DNA of 63,953 bases, counting the filler, from Sluysia triapertura (taxonomy: Eukaryota): NCBI GenBank assembly GCA_046118255.1. It is 4 parts of 4 records of this genome, joined end to end, with 100 filler letters (N's around TTAATTAATTAA, not from the genome) between each part and the next. Parts side by side here need not be neighbours in the genome. Positions count along the whole stretch, not along the records: positions 1 to 19,092 come from JBJNIA010097550.1; positions 19,193 to 39,421 come from JBJNIA010031050.1; 2 more parts are not named here. One strand, 5' to 3'. The position numbers and the translations under genes are program-made. Positions within the stretch are counted from its first letter, which is position 1, and every line of letters begins with the position of its first letter. This document shows, in pieces, positions 14,534-27,508 of the stretch. The notes under the pieces were generated by a model that saw only the letters and a program-made list of their open reading frames with translations, was not told the origin of the DNA and did no database searches.

Positions 14534-16536
14534 TTGCTTATTATAAACAAATGCTGGGGTTTTTCTTACTACAAAAACCTAACTTACAGCAAAATAGTTT
14601 ATTATTATTCAGAGCCCGTTTACAGTATACGACTTACTAATGGCGTACCTGTAAAATTACATGAAGACAATTATTAAGATTAATCGTATAAAAATACTCT
14701 TTGCCTTAACTTAAACAATAATTGACAAAATTGTCTGATACCAAATGACTTAAAAATAATTATGACTTAAATAATAATGACTTAAATTATAATATTTAAG
14801 TTTATGTGAAAAATAAAGTTAACAATATTCGTATAGAAATGTATTACTCTTTTATCCTTAACTCTTTATTAAGTCCTGTTTACTAACCGTTAGAATTTTT
14901 GGAATCGTTCTAAGAAATTAGCAAGTTTGCACTATAATTAGAGTGCCTCTTATAATAGTTTATTTAATTTAAAATTGTTTACAATATACAGAAGTCAACT
15001 AAACCTATTTTATAAATTCGATATTAAAATTATAATGAACTAATATTAAACACAATCTAAGTTTTATTATACAACAAACAAAAAGGAAAATTTAATAAAT
15101 AAAATTAAAATAGGATAATAATAACTAAAAGTTATAAATATTAAAATCATAATAATGATAAAAATTGAATTATAATAAAGGTCTAGCCGAGAGACTCTAC
15201 CATATGATATTGATTTTATAATTGACTTTAAAGGCCAACTAAAGAGCAATGAATTTAGATTTTGAATGGAATTTGTGATTGGCCTTAAGGACCAATCATA
15301 AATTTAATATTTTAAATAAAGATTTTAACCCAAAAAATGAGTGTTCACACTATATACACCAAACTTACTAATTTAATCAATAATATCAAGGATCGGTTTC
15401 AAAAAATGTTTATCGAAGCGGTTTGATAGGTTTTTATCCCTCTAATTGAAGACACGGGATTTACACTGATAACTTGACCGATAAATTTGATAATTGTTGG
15501 AGTACTGAACTTGCTGGCGGATTAATTTTTGTTGATGTAAAAAATGTTAGCTTCGAAATGATGACAATCCATCTAATTTGTAATACCAAAATGGCGTATT
15601 ATTAACGATGGCGTCTTTCTTTTTCTGTCTTTTCTCAAACAGTTTTTTGTTTTACAAGGCACATATTTAAAATTTTGATGTGATAAAACAATTTTTTTTG
15701 GAAATTTCTCTTTGTATTATTTTTTAAAGTAATTTAGTAATAATTTTAATTTTAATATAATTAGAATAATAATTTTTTAAATAATAATAATTTAATAATT
15801 TTTACAATAAAATAAAATATAAAAATTTTTTTTACACCTTTACAGAAATATTTCGAAAATTATCGAAAACTTCTATCTTAAAGGTCTTTGAAGAACTTAT
15901 TAGTGTTTTTTATAATTAAGGTAATGCCTATAATGTATTTCTAAATGAAAATGTGATATTTTGTGTTGATACTTATTTTCTTTCTATATTAGGCTCACTA
16001 CTTTATTGATGTACCTTTGAATTTATTTTTAAATTCTTAAATAAATATTTAAAATTGGACGCATCTAGGCCTGAAAAATTCCAGTTAAAAAATATATATA
16101 ATTGTTAGCTCATTAATCAGAACATACTACTGATCATCGAGGGATTCCAAATTCAAATTCCGGTCAAACTATTTAAAAATTGCAATAATTTATTGAGCGC
16201 TAGCAATTTATAATGCTATTTGCATACATTTTGAATACGATCAGTAATTTTAGGCTAAAAATGATCTCCGATCATACGAAATTAAATAATTTAAGTATTC
16301 TAGTAATAGAATCTGATATCTTGTAATTACCAAATTACAATAGAAAATCTTGTAAAGAATTTTGTAAAATTTTCTAATTTAATTCTGATTGTTTATGAAA
16401 AAACAATATATTATTATTACAATATATTATAATGATGTATTATCGATATTTAAAAAATATGTTATGCCAAACTCTTGAAATATTTAAATATTATTGTCTA
16501 AGACGTTAATATTTATGATACACAAAAAAGCGCTAC

Positions 16537-16646
16537 CTGTTAAATAAAAGCAAGTCTGGTTTCCATACCTTTTCTGCTGGAATATTGAATCCTGTAACAC
16601 CACCATATTCATTTGGGTTCCATTGGAAGTGATAATCCCGCCATTT
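16537..16646 (-). CDS. nAChR subunit, extracellular-domain exon (loops D/A)
   Basis: 110-bp exon, phase 0-2: KWRDYHFQWNPNEYGGVTGFNIPAEKVWKPDLLLFN(S); typical 110-bp nAChR exon that joins in frame to 12902. The 5' exons are not found before the join at 19093. Confidence 0.93.
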
Positions 16647-19092
16647 CTGCAAATAATTTGAAATAATAATAATATTGCATTTATTGTTTAAAATATTTAA
16701 TACATACTATAAAATAACCACCAAAGATCTTGTAAATAAAATGTAAAATAAATATTTTATCACTTATTTCTCCACTAAGGAAACATAAGAGAAATGATCC
16801 CTAAAAGGTTATCTCTTTAATCTTTTAAAAACGATATTACAATCAAAATGAAGACAAAAACATTTAATAATAACTAGATAATAACTTTATGATTGTGTAA
16901 ATCACGAGCCATACAAATGAGAGTAAAAATTCATTATTAAATAAATTAAATTAATTAATTAATATTTAATCTTAATTTAAAAACTTAATTTATTATTACA
17001 TTTAAATAATTTAGATAAAAATAAATTCAATAATTATATTATTATGATAATTAATTATAAAGCAAGTAATTCAACATATTATTTTATATTTTACACAATC
17101 ATTTCAGTAATCTTTTAATAACTAATAGTATGTGTTATAATTTCAAAATGTTCCAACTTAAATTTATTGATTTATTATGGCATATTTAAGTATTTATGTA
17201 TTTTTGAGTAATTGAAGTAACCTCTATTAAAATAGTGTGTTATTTAGTATTGTATTAACTACTACTAATTTATGAAATGCTAATTTATGAAATAAACTAA
17301 AATGAAAAAGAAAAAACAATGAAATAAGTTCAAAATATTTCTTTGTTAAACTCTAAAAAATATAAAATAATTACCAAATTAATCCAAAAATGTCTATAAA
17401 TTGATTACATAGTGTAAATATGACAGAAAATTGATTTTGATTTAAAGAAATTATTTTATTCCTTTAATTTTTTATTTTGTTTTCTTTTTGTTGTGGATAT
17501 TTAATATAAAAAGTGGTTTTAAATATTGAGCTATTGAATTATTACTAATCAAAGTTACACAAAATTTATTCCATAAATAATTATTATTACACATTTATTG
17601 TTATACAATTATTTATCAAAGATTACGAAAATATATAATTTATTCTTCAATAATTGTTTATAATTTAAAGCCAAATCTTCAACCAATTAAAATAAGTTAT
17701 GTCAAAACAATTGTAAAACAGAATTTTAAACAATAACAACAATAATAATAATAATAATAAAATTCTACAAAAATGTAATAAATATCATTCAATAATGTTG
17801 TACTTAATTATACTTTTAAATGCTTATTAAACATAAATCGATTTAATGTCTCGAAAAAACATTTCTATGACCATTAATACTTATAAAAAATCAATAAATC
17901 AATATAACTTTTAATAATACAAATTTTACTAATTAACAGTTATCGTTAGTTAAATTTCTTTTGCTTTTGATTTTGTTTTTCCAGTTTTATTTACGCTTTA
18001 TCTTGAATTTAGATAAATTTAGATAAACATTTTAAATTTCTGCATCATATTTTCATAGCAAACTAAATAACAGTTGATTTTTTCATAAATGTCATTAGTT
18101 TTGTTCATTTGAACTTATATGCAATAGAAATAGAAGTATTTTAAATTTTAAATAAAATTTTTAAAGAAACGACAACACAAATTAAATTAAATTCTAAAGC
18201 AAACTTATACTGTGGAGTTATTTTAAAGGATGGAATCCGATAATTTATCATATATTCTTCATTCTTTGTTTAATTTGCAAATAGAAAAATATAACCCAAT
18301 AAAAGAAAAAGAAAACGACTTAGTTTAAGAAATAAGAAAAATTACTTTGAAAGTATGTATTACATCTAAATAAGTTGAAAATTAAGCAATAGATTACATT
18401 GTGCAGTTATTTAAGATAATAACTTAAATAAATATTTTTTGATTTTTAAAATAATTAATCCTTAACTATTAATTTATAATAAATTATCATTAAATATTAT
18501 TTTTAAATATAATATATATTATAATTTAATTTAATAATTTTATTAATCCATAAATTAACGCTATTATAAAAAATCTGAAACTTTCAAGGAAAATAATCAC
18601 TTTTAAAACATTTATTTAACATAAAATATATCTTAGTTATTCATTTTATCTCTATTCTTTTTCAAGCATTCGAAACGCTTTCTCATAAATGAAAAGACAG
18701 CTACTGAATATAATTTTGTTATTGTAAACTTTATTCTGAATGTTATTGATTATTATTAGCTTATATTACCTTTTTTATAACACCTTCTTCAAGCATTTTT
18801 TGTTAATATTGAGATCCAACATAAAATATTAAATTGATGATGGTTTAAACAAAATTTTACTTTGATTGATCGAAAAGAAAATGTTAATATTTACTGCGAT
18901 TTAATTGGCCGTAAAGATTTTGGTAGTTTAAAAAGAAATAAAAATATTATTTTAAATAATAATTATATTAAAATTATCAATATACATATTTAAACAAAAA
19001 TATCAAAACTTTAATTTTTTAAACAATGCATGGATTTCATTGTTGCCATAATATTAAATTATACATAAAGAATATTAAAACATATATATATA

Positions 19093-19192
19093 NNNNNNNN
19101 NNNNNNNNNNNNNNNNNNNNNNNNNNNNNNNNNNNNTTAATTAATTAANNNNNNNNNNNNNNNNNNNNNNNNNNNNNNNNNNNNNNNNNNNN
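19093..19192. other. Artificial contig join (44N + TTAATTAATTAA + 44N)
   Basis: Identical 100-bp spacer occurs three times; the 12-mer has stop codons in all six frames. Confidence 0.95.
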
Positions 19193-20951
19193 GATACGTG
19201 ATGTATCCTATGAACTTTTATTAAACACAATTTATAATTAAGGTTATAATTACAAAAGATGATCAAAAAATATTCACAATAATAATAATAAACTTTAATT
19301 TATTAATCTTAGGATTTCTCCTAATTCAAATTAGAATACAAGTTAAAAATGATTTTAACCCATGTGAATACTTGGGTATGTGAAATATGAAAATGAATTT
19401 AAGTGTATTTTAAAACAGATATTACTGTAAATAGCTCACGGTTAATAAATAATTCGGTTAGTTCCAATTCCTCTATTGATGTTCCGATTCAAACTTCACA
19501 TGATTGTTTCCAATTTATAATGTAAACTCAATTTGAAATCCTTACGACAATCCCAGATAAAGTTTTCAATACCAAATGGATTAATAAAAAGATTCGAATC
19601 CAACAAAGTATGTATTGTGAATATTAAACTCTTCCACAAAAGATTTTTTAAGATTTAAAATTTTCTTGTGTTTTTAACTTGTGTGAATCTTATAAAATCG
19701 CAGGCTATTTATATTAAAATCTTTATTACGTATTACAAGATAATTTCTTTTTAATATTTCAGTAAAATGTAGATAATTATATTTTAATTTTGAACTTTAA
19801 AATAATTAATTTCAAACTGATTAACTGAATATTTAAAATTTTAGTTTTCTACAAAGATATAATTCATTTAAGATATAATTCATTTTATTATCTAATACAA
19901 AGGTTATTTTCTACATATTGTCTCGTTTTATTATCTACATAAGCTTTTGGGTGGATTATCAAATCAATATTTCAAAATTTAATTACATACACTAAGATAA
20001 TTTTAGAAAATATTTTTAGGAAAAAATTTTACTTAAATTTGCAAAAATTCAATGATGTAAAGTTTGAACGCAAATTATTCGCCTTTTCAAAATCGGCTTC
20101 AAAGATTTAAATTAAATATTTTATATATATAATAACTTATTTTTGTTTTTGTAAAGAAATCCTCAATGTAAGATGTACCTTCTCTAAATGGTTATGTAAA
20201 AGTAATTTTTAATTAATGGAGAAAACTTTTTAAAAATAACTTTAAACTGTTATTTTATAAATAATTTATGTGAATTTTTTGATTATTTTATGAGAATTAC
20301 TAATGCATTAGATTGCCTTTTTATAAATTTCTGAATAATGACCTTATAAGATTTTTTTAATTGAATTATTTTTATACATTTAGTGATCTTATAAGGTCTT
20401 GAAATAATAATAATTAATAATTAGCACAATTATCATTTTATTAATAGAATTTATCATTTATTTATTATTATACTTTCTTAGTTTTCTCATAACTGGATTT
20501 TATACACACTTTATTTTTACTTTTTATGGAATTATTTATTAATGGATTTTGTTACAAATGATCAAAATGAATTACAAATAGGACACTCAAGATAAAAATT
20601 AGCCATTAATCAAAAACACTAAAAAACGTAAAAAAACGTCACCATTTTCAGTTTCTTAAGCGTGCTCAAACTTTGTTTCTGATTATATTCGCAATTGCAA
20701 CATCTTCTGCGATAGCAGCTATTGGATTTCAAGAGATCGCTATGTTGTGCTTTTATCTTTTGTGCTTTTAATATTCTTTAAATTTAAATAGACAATTTAA
20801 TAAGTCTCAATCTCAATTACAACATATCACAATATGTCACAATAAAAATCAAATAATGATTAAGCCAATATAACAGTCTTTTACGACAACAATTAATAAA
20901 ATAAAATTCAATTATAATACTCAATCTCAGGGATTATACAACACAAATAAA

Positions 20952-21296
20952 TGTTGGTACCCAGGTTGCAATAAATAAATAATAAAGACTCAAGATTCAA
21001 CTAGCCACAAATAAGTGGGCTGTTTTAATAAAATTTAGTCCGATTTCTAAAGAATTTTATGATTAAATCAGTGTTTGCGACTAATGTATTGAATCAGCCT
21101 TCTTACAAAAAAAGTTATAATAATTTTCTTTTGTTCTCTTTTGTGTGAATGATAGAAAAATGTGGTTCTTTATATAGTGTTTGGATAATTGCTAGAAATT
21201 CGGGAATTCGACTTATTTATTGTGCATGTCGACAAGACATGCTTACTTCTTAGAGTCGGTGTTATGCAGACCAATTTTATTAATCAAATTTGAACA
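20952..21296 (-). mobile_element. Candidate solo LTR
   Basis: TGTT...AACA termini, TAAA on both flanks (4-bp TSD), CTATATAAA TATA box on the minus strand. Confidence 0.45.
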
Positions 21297-22145
21297 TAAA
21301 TTTCGGACGAATTTCTGTCTTAATAATTTATAGCAAATATTCAAAGATAATTTAAAATAAATTTTAAATTTTATTTTATTATTTTAAATTTTAAATAATA
21401 AAATTAAAATTTAAAATAATAGTTAAAATTTAAAATTTAAAATCAATATAACAATACTTTAACTTAAATTGAACATAAATCTAAAAAATATAAAATTTCT
21501 TTTCAACAATAACTTTTATTGTTGACGGTACATCAGACTAAAACATGTATATAAAGGTTTAAATTTTTAACGATAGACAAAAGATTTTTTTCTTACAAGA
21601 TTGTGAAACAGAATTTTGGATAAAATAAAGGCAGTTCTACGAAAATTTTTCTTGCCCATAAATGACGTTAGTTTAATAGTTTTTAAGACTGATATAAATT
21701 TTATATCTTAAGTAAAATACACTTAAAATCTGTTGTATTCATAATTTGGATCTTATAAAGATCCTTGGCAAAATCTTTTCTAAATTTAACTGACAATAGT
21801 TAATTAAAGTAAATTCTTATTATCATTATCGTTAATCTTATTTGTATAATTTTTACATTTTGTGCCAAATAATAAAAGAAATTTTTGTGTTATAATTTTT
21901 TAACTTACATAGTCACAAAATCAGTTAAAATACTACTATTTTTAGCTTTCAAGAATCTAGAGTTTAATTCTAGAAGGTAAATTTCTAATTTTTCGATTCC
22001 ATATAAGGGAATCATACGTAAAATACATAATTAAACTTAAATTATTTAATAATTCGAAATAAAAATATTTAGCAAAAAATATTCACCTTCAGATAAAGAG
22101 CCATTACAGAAAGCATATTTTTCTTTTACATTTATCTTATAAAAA

Positions 22146-22320
22146 TCCAACAGCTGGCCCTAGCAGGTAAGCCCAGTACGTTGGTGGACTCACATCTTTA
22201 ACTTCTTTTATTCTACTTTGCTGATAAGAAATATTATGGTGAATGATTGACCTTAAGCGCTTTTGAGTACTTTCGCAGTATATATGAGCGCAATATAAAT
22301 TAATATATTATTATTATCAT
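22146..22320 (+). mobile_element. SINE/LINE 3' end (L2/CR1-like stem and (TAT)n tail)
   Basis: AAGCGCTTTTGAGTAC...GAGCGCAATATAAATTAATATATTATTATT; near-identical inverted copy at about 51941-52015 and a decayed partial copy near 36060-36120. Confidence 0.6.
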
Positions 22321-23361
22321 TGTGATATATCAAAATATATTGAGATTCTGTATTTGTTTGATATTTTGTAAAATAAAAGTAAAACACGAAAATATTTGAT
22401 GTGCATATGAAGTATGTAGGGTTATTATACATAGACAGTAATTTGTAAAAATTAATTATCATTACATTCAATCGAGTCAAAACGTTTTGGTCAAGGAGTG
22501 CAGAAATCACCATAAGTGGACTGCATTCGGCCAGTAGGCTGGGTATGGCTGATTTAGACCCTTAACAAGAGCTCCAGCTGTTGATAATTACTAGGTGATG
22601 AAAAGTTTAGAATACATGGAAATCCTACGTTTATTAGTATTTAATTATTAAAATTATCATTAACTCAAAATAACAGACATACATAACCAGCACGCAAAGT
22701 ATTTAGGACGAACTTTCAATGAAACAGTAATTAGAATCATTTTGCTATTAATCAGAATAAAGTCCAAGCAATATCTAGTCAATAGTGTTTTATTACTTTT
22801 TTCTAGTCTTAACACTATGTCCTAGAACCAGGCATTAACTTTTTCCATTCAGAAATTTTTTTGTGAACAATGTGTCAAAATGTATTAGCAAACTTGCTTT
22901 TTTTACTAAATATATATTTAATTTTCGTTTATAGTGTCAACACAGATCTATCTTATTTGTATCAAATTACATATTTACATTTTAGTTTACTTTTATTTAA
23001 AGAACTTTAAAGCACATATAAATCACAAGATAATAAATTTATACTTATCATATTTAAGCCCTGCAATCAAATGATCAAATATTCATATTTTATATATATT
23101 AAAATCTACATATTAAAAGATACGTTTATTTATTCATTTAGGTATAATGCAGATATTATTTATAAAATATAATTTACTTTACACAAATATTTTTAATTTC
23201 TTTAAATATTCACTTTAGCGTAAAATTAAATTATTTTCATTTAATATAATACGTTTCAATTTTACATATTTTATTACTTCTTACTTTATCAATACTTATA
23301 TTCATCTATTAATTGAGTTAAAATTGAATCCGTTTATTAATGTTTTTTACAGTATTATTCA

Positions 23362-25187
23362 ATGAGTTGTTTTCCTTCTCTTGAAACGGTACCTTTACGA
23401 GTTTTGAAACAAACTGAAAATGTCAGAAAGGTAATTTTAGGTCCACCAGATGTATATCCACAAGAATATGGGCAAAGGGAAGATCAATTAACAGAATTTA
23501 ATGTCCGTGAAGGTTTTTCTTACAATAAACCAGTGAATGAAGAACATGAATCAGCTAAGTCTTTTGGTGTTGATTTTTCTCGCTTACCTCAAAATGTAAT
23601 AACAGATTTTGCAACAGCAATTGTGAGCCGAAATCATAATTATAATATTAAGCAGGACATTGCAAGAAAGAAAACATCAGTTAATATTCTAAATCGTGAA
23701 TTTATGGCTTTGCCAGCATTGGAAAAGAATAAAGATTTTACTACTGAATGGATGAAAGCTTTAGCTGATTGTGTACCATATTCTGATTTAATTGGTAAGA
23801 AAATTCCATATTTTCATAAGAAAGAAGATGTTTTTAAAGAATTAATACGTTTTCAAGTACCTATTTCTAGCGGAGTTTGGTTTATAAAAGTTACTGCAAT
23901 GCTGACTTCAATTCAAGCTGATAGCAATAAAAAGAAAACTCGAGGTTATATTGATAGTCCAACAGAATGGAAAGATTGTATTACAAAAATATTAACTGAA
24001 AAATTTGACTACATTTGTGATAAAATTAATGATCACAATGATCATGAAACAAATATTTATGAGGTTATTTCTGAATTTGAATATTTAATTAGATTAATGA
24101 CATCGATGTTTGATGATGATTTACTTGAGCATGCTGATATATTATTATGGTTTGCTGAAAAATTTGAACACTGTAAGTGCAATGAATATAAACTAAAATT
24201 TTTATTGCCATTTTTACTGCAATTTAATGATAGGTTTAAAGAAAGTGAATACATTTCTAGAAGATTATTGTTCCATGCTAGTAAGTCATTCAGTGAGTTG
24301 TGGGCAAATGTTGACGGTGATATGTTGGAATATTCTAATTGTGAATTGCATAAACCTGTCATTCTGATGTTATCAGGATTGTTAACATCACTAAGTCTTC
24401 AAATACCATCCGCAGTTATTTGGAATGATCTTGGTACTAGAAATGGAAATTATCTTGATGGTTCTCCATTAGATTCATTGCCTTGCAGATTATCTGAATT
24501 ACCTGTTGATTCAGGTGCTGATGCACAATTAATTAAAGAGACTTTGTTAGATCTGGAAGAATTCATTTTAGTGCGTAGTGAAGCTTGTGAAACATATTGG
24601 GCTCCGCCAACTAATTTATTTATGTTAGATCATCAAATGCGTGAAAAACAGGTGAGATATGCAGTAGAAATTGTAGATCAGTTAGATAAATTCGATTTTT
24701 CACTTTGCAAAGAACCTAGTCATTTGGATGCTTTATGTAATTCGATTCGTGATTTAATTTTAAATAGTTCAGTGAATTGGAATTCCTCTATTTTATTACT
24801 GGAAATGGTGTGTGAATGGTGTGTTCATACTTCGCGTACAGGCATCTACAGACCAGTTGTAGCTGCTTATATCCTTGAACAGTTTCAATTTGATGGAATG
24901 CAAACGGCATTAGTCGAATTTCTAGACCTGAAAGCTCCTATAATTGATGGAACTATAGTTACGATTGAATCAGAATCATTTCGAAACCTCGTATGTTTAT
25001 TCGGCGAATTAATTGATCGTGGGTTATTTTCACCTGGTGAATACATCAGTTATATGATATCACGAGGGTTATTTGAAAACGTAAATCAATTACCGTTGCC
25101 GAGTTTTATTTCACATACAGTTGGAAATTTACAACCAAAATCTCCAGATATAGAAAAGATGTCTTTAGATAATCCAGGTTCTAACAG
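23362..25187 (+). CDS. MED12: Mediator complex subunit 12, coding exon 1
   Basis: N-terminal signature LGPPDVYPQ...EDQLTEFNVREGF, plus GSPLDSLPC and LFGELIDRGLFS; donor AG|GTTTGT at 25187/25188, phase 2. Confidence 0.93.
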
Positions 25188-25566
25188 GTTTGTTATCTTA
25201 TTTTATATAATTTCATGTAAATAATCTGTATTAAAGGTAGATTTTTCTAAACTGTCTTATTTATAAAACTAAAAGTTTCTGACTTTAACGAAATAAAAAC
25301 TTCAAAAGAAGATATAGTTATTAATTGAATTGAGCTTTGATTTGAAATATTAATTTTAATTTTGATATTAATTTTAATATATTAATATTAACATATTAAT
25401 ATTGAGCTTCACTGAAATATTAATTTTTTTAGTTATTATAAAGCAATATTGTTTCAGTGATATTTTAATTCTTCTATTATTTATTTGTGTAGCTGTAAAA
25501 ATCCATATTACAATGCAAGATTAATAAAATGTAATCAAGATTATGATTAGTAAAAATTAATCATAA

Positions 25567-25642
<76 letters not shown>

Positions 25643-25986
25643 GTAATAAAAAATTATTTGTTATTTTAAATATTAAAATTGTGTGGAGTAAATTTTACAC
25701 CAACCTTGAGAATTTCATATCTTCAAAAAATATACTTTTATTTTGCATAAATCCTATTGTAATTAGTAATTATATCGCGAAGATTAGTTCTGAAATTTTT
25801 GTAATTAAGTTAAAGCTTCGATTCTCTCTACTCAATATAAATTAAACATTCAATCCATTAAGGTACATTCAAAAACAAAAGTTGGTGTATGCAATGGGGC
25901 CAAACGTAATTTGATGTATTTTACATTTTTTATTTAATGTAAGCACTGCTCTTTCAACAAATTAAAAAATCGTTCGTTAATGTTTC

Positions 25987-26527
25987 GGATCAAGCTTTTC
26001 TTACTGCCACAGGACAATAAAAAAGGCTTATTATTAAAAAAGTTACATTTAAATTTTAATACAAAAAATTAATTTTAATCTCTATAATTAAAACATAAAT
26101 AGAACATTTTAAACCTATCAATAATATTTAATTATTAATAAAATATAACCCAACGAATTATAATGATTTAGAAGAGCTAATTAAAATGAACAATGAAGAA
26201 TTAATTAAGTACTTAAGGGAAAAATGTAAATATTATTATACAAAAGAAGAAAAATGCACAATTCGTTGAAAGTTTTAACAATAAATTAAACTTGAAATTA
26301 AAGAAAAGGTATTAAAACCGTATACAGAAAGGATTTTTTATTAGAATTTTTATGGAAATTTAACAATAAGAATGATAGATTAGCTAATTATATGATCTCA
26401 TTAAAATTTAATTTGGTAATTTTATATTTTAATTAAATATATTGTATTATATTACGTATTATTATTATTTTTTAATTTTAATAATTTATTATTTAATTAA
26501 ATGAGGGCAGTAAAATAAGCTTGATCC
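25987..26527 (+). mobile_element. Internally deleted Merlin DNA transposon in MED12 intron 1
   Basis: TIRs GGATCAAGCTTTTCTTACTGCC / GGCAGTAAAATAAGCTTGATCC; 8-bp TSD AATGTTTC/AATTTTTC (1 mismatch); residual peptides NEELIKYLREK and FLLEFLWKFN resemble Merlin/IS1595 transposase ends. Confidence 0.8.
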
Positions 26528-27508
26528 AATTTTTCCAGTATGGAAATTAGTGAAAAAATCCACAGTATAGTATTTTCTACTGATATTATATTACAGTTAT
26601 CAGTTTCTTCGTTTCAATTCTATAATAATTTTTCTACAGTTACTTTCCCTTATGGGGCCAATTTCATCTATAATATTGATTTGATTATTTATTTACTTTT
26701 TCATGTTCATTAATTATTGGTTATGTGATAGTTCTCATCGCACTATGATTACTAGTATTTCCTTTTCGTTTCAATTTTACTATGTTTTTTATTATGATGC
26801 TTTAGTTTAATCCGTAATTAAATATAAGTCCCACTCCCTGCTTTTTATTTTTTCTTTTAATTACTTCTTAAGTTAAAGCTTTTAGAATTTTCTTTCTTAA
26901 TCTCAGAGTTTTTAAGATCTTTATTTGAATTTATCGAGATTGATGATATTTAAGTTAGCAAGGATGTTTTATTATTTCCAAGTTTTTATGTCTACATGTT
27001 TGAACATTTTGTAAAGTATTTACTTATTACAAGTAAAATTCACGTAAATAACAATATAATACGATTAACTGAAGAACATGCCGTTTCAGATTTTCTTTCA
27101 AATTAAAAATAATGTGTTTTATGTTATTCCAGAAGTAAAAATGGAAATAAATTAAGGAAGCATTCAATAATATTGTGAAGACTAAAAGGTTTATTCCAGA
27201 TTTATGATGCAGCAAAAACATCAATAGGTTTCTTTTTCTACTTGTTAAATATAATATTCACATTTCCTAAAAATATATTTTAAATTTAATTTTTATGAAC
27301 ATTTACAAAACATAAAATTAGCCAATAAATTAAAAAAATTAAGAAGTTCTACTGTGGAGGTTTGAATTAACATTATCTAAATAGGTAAAACTGTTTAGGT
27401 AGTAAAATATATTTAATGTGCTAATAAAAAATTTAAATTTATAATAAAAACAGTAAACTATGTAAATAAAATTTATTATCTTTGGCTTTAAAGTGATTAT
27501 AATTGCAG

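Noticed and set aside
15300-15650. Possible Tc1 N-terminal relic on the minus strand
   Set aside because: Only a vague resemblance; no catalytic motif or TIR.
16100-16170. tRNA gene
   Set aside because: Only decayed A/B-box-like words with no cloverleaf; at most an old SINE.
19137-19148. TTAATTAATTAA as a biological motif (also at 39466 and 52060)
   Set aside because: Always centred in exactly 44+44 N; it is an assembly spacer.
24057-24362. Antisense ORFs inside MED12 (also 29998-30357) and inside the Kv and spectraplakin exons
   Set aside because: Shadow frames of real coding exons.
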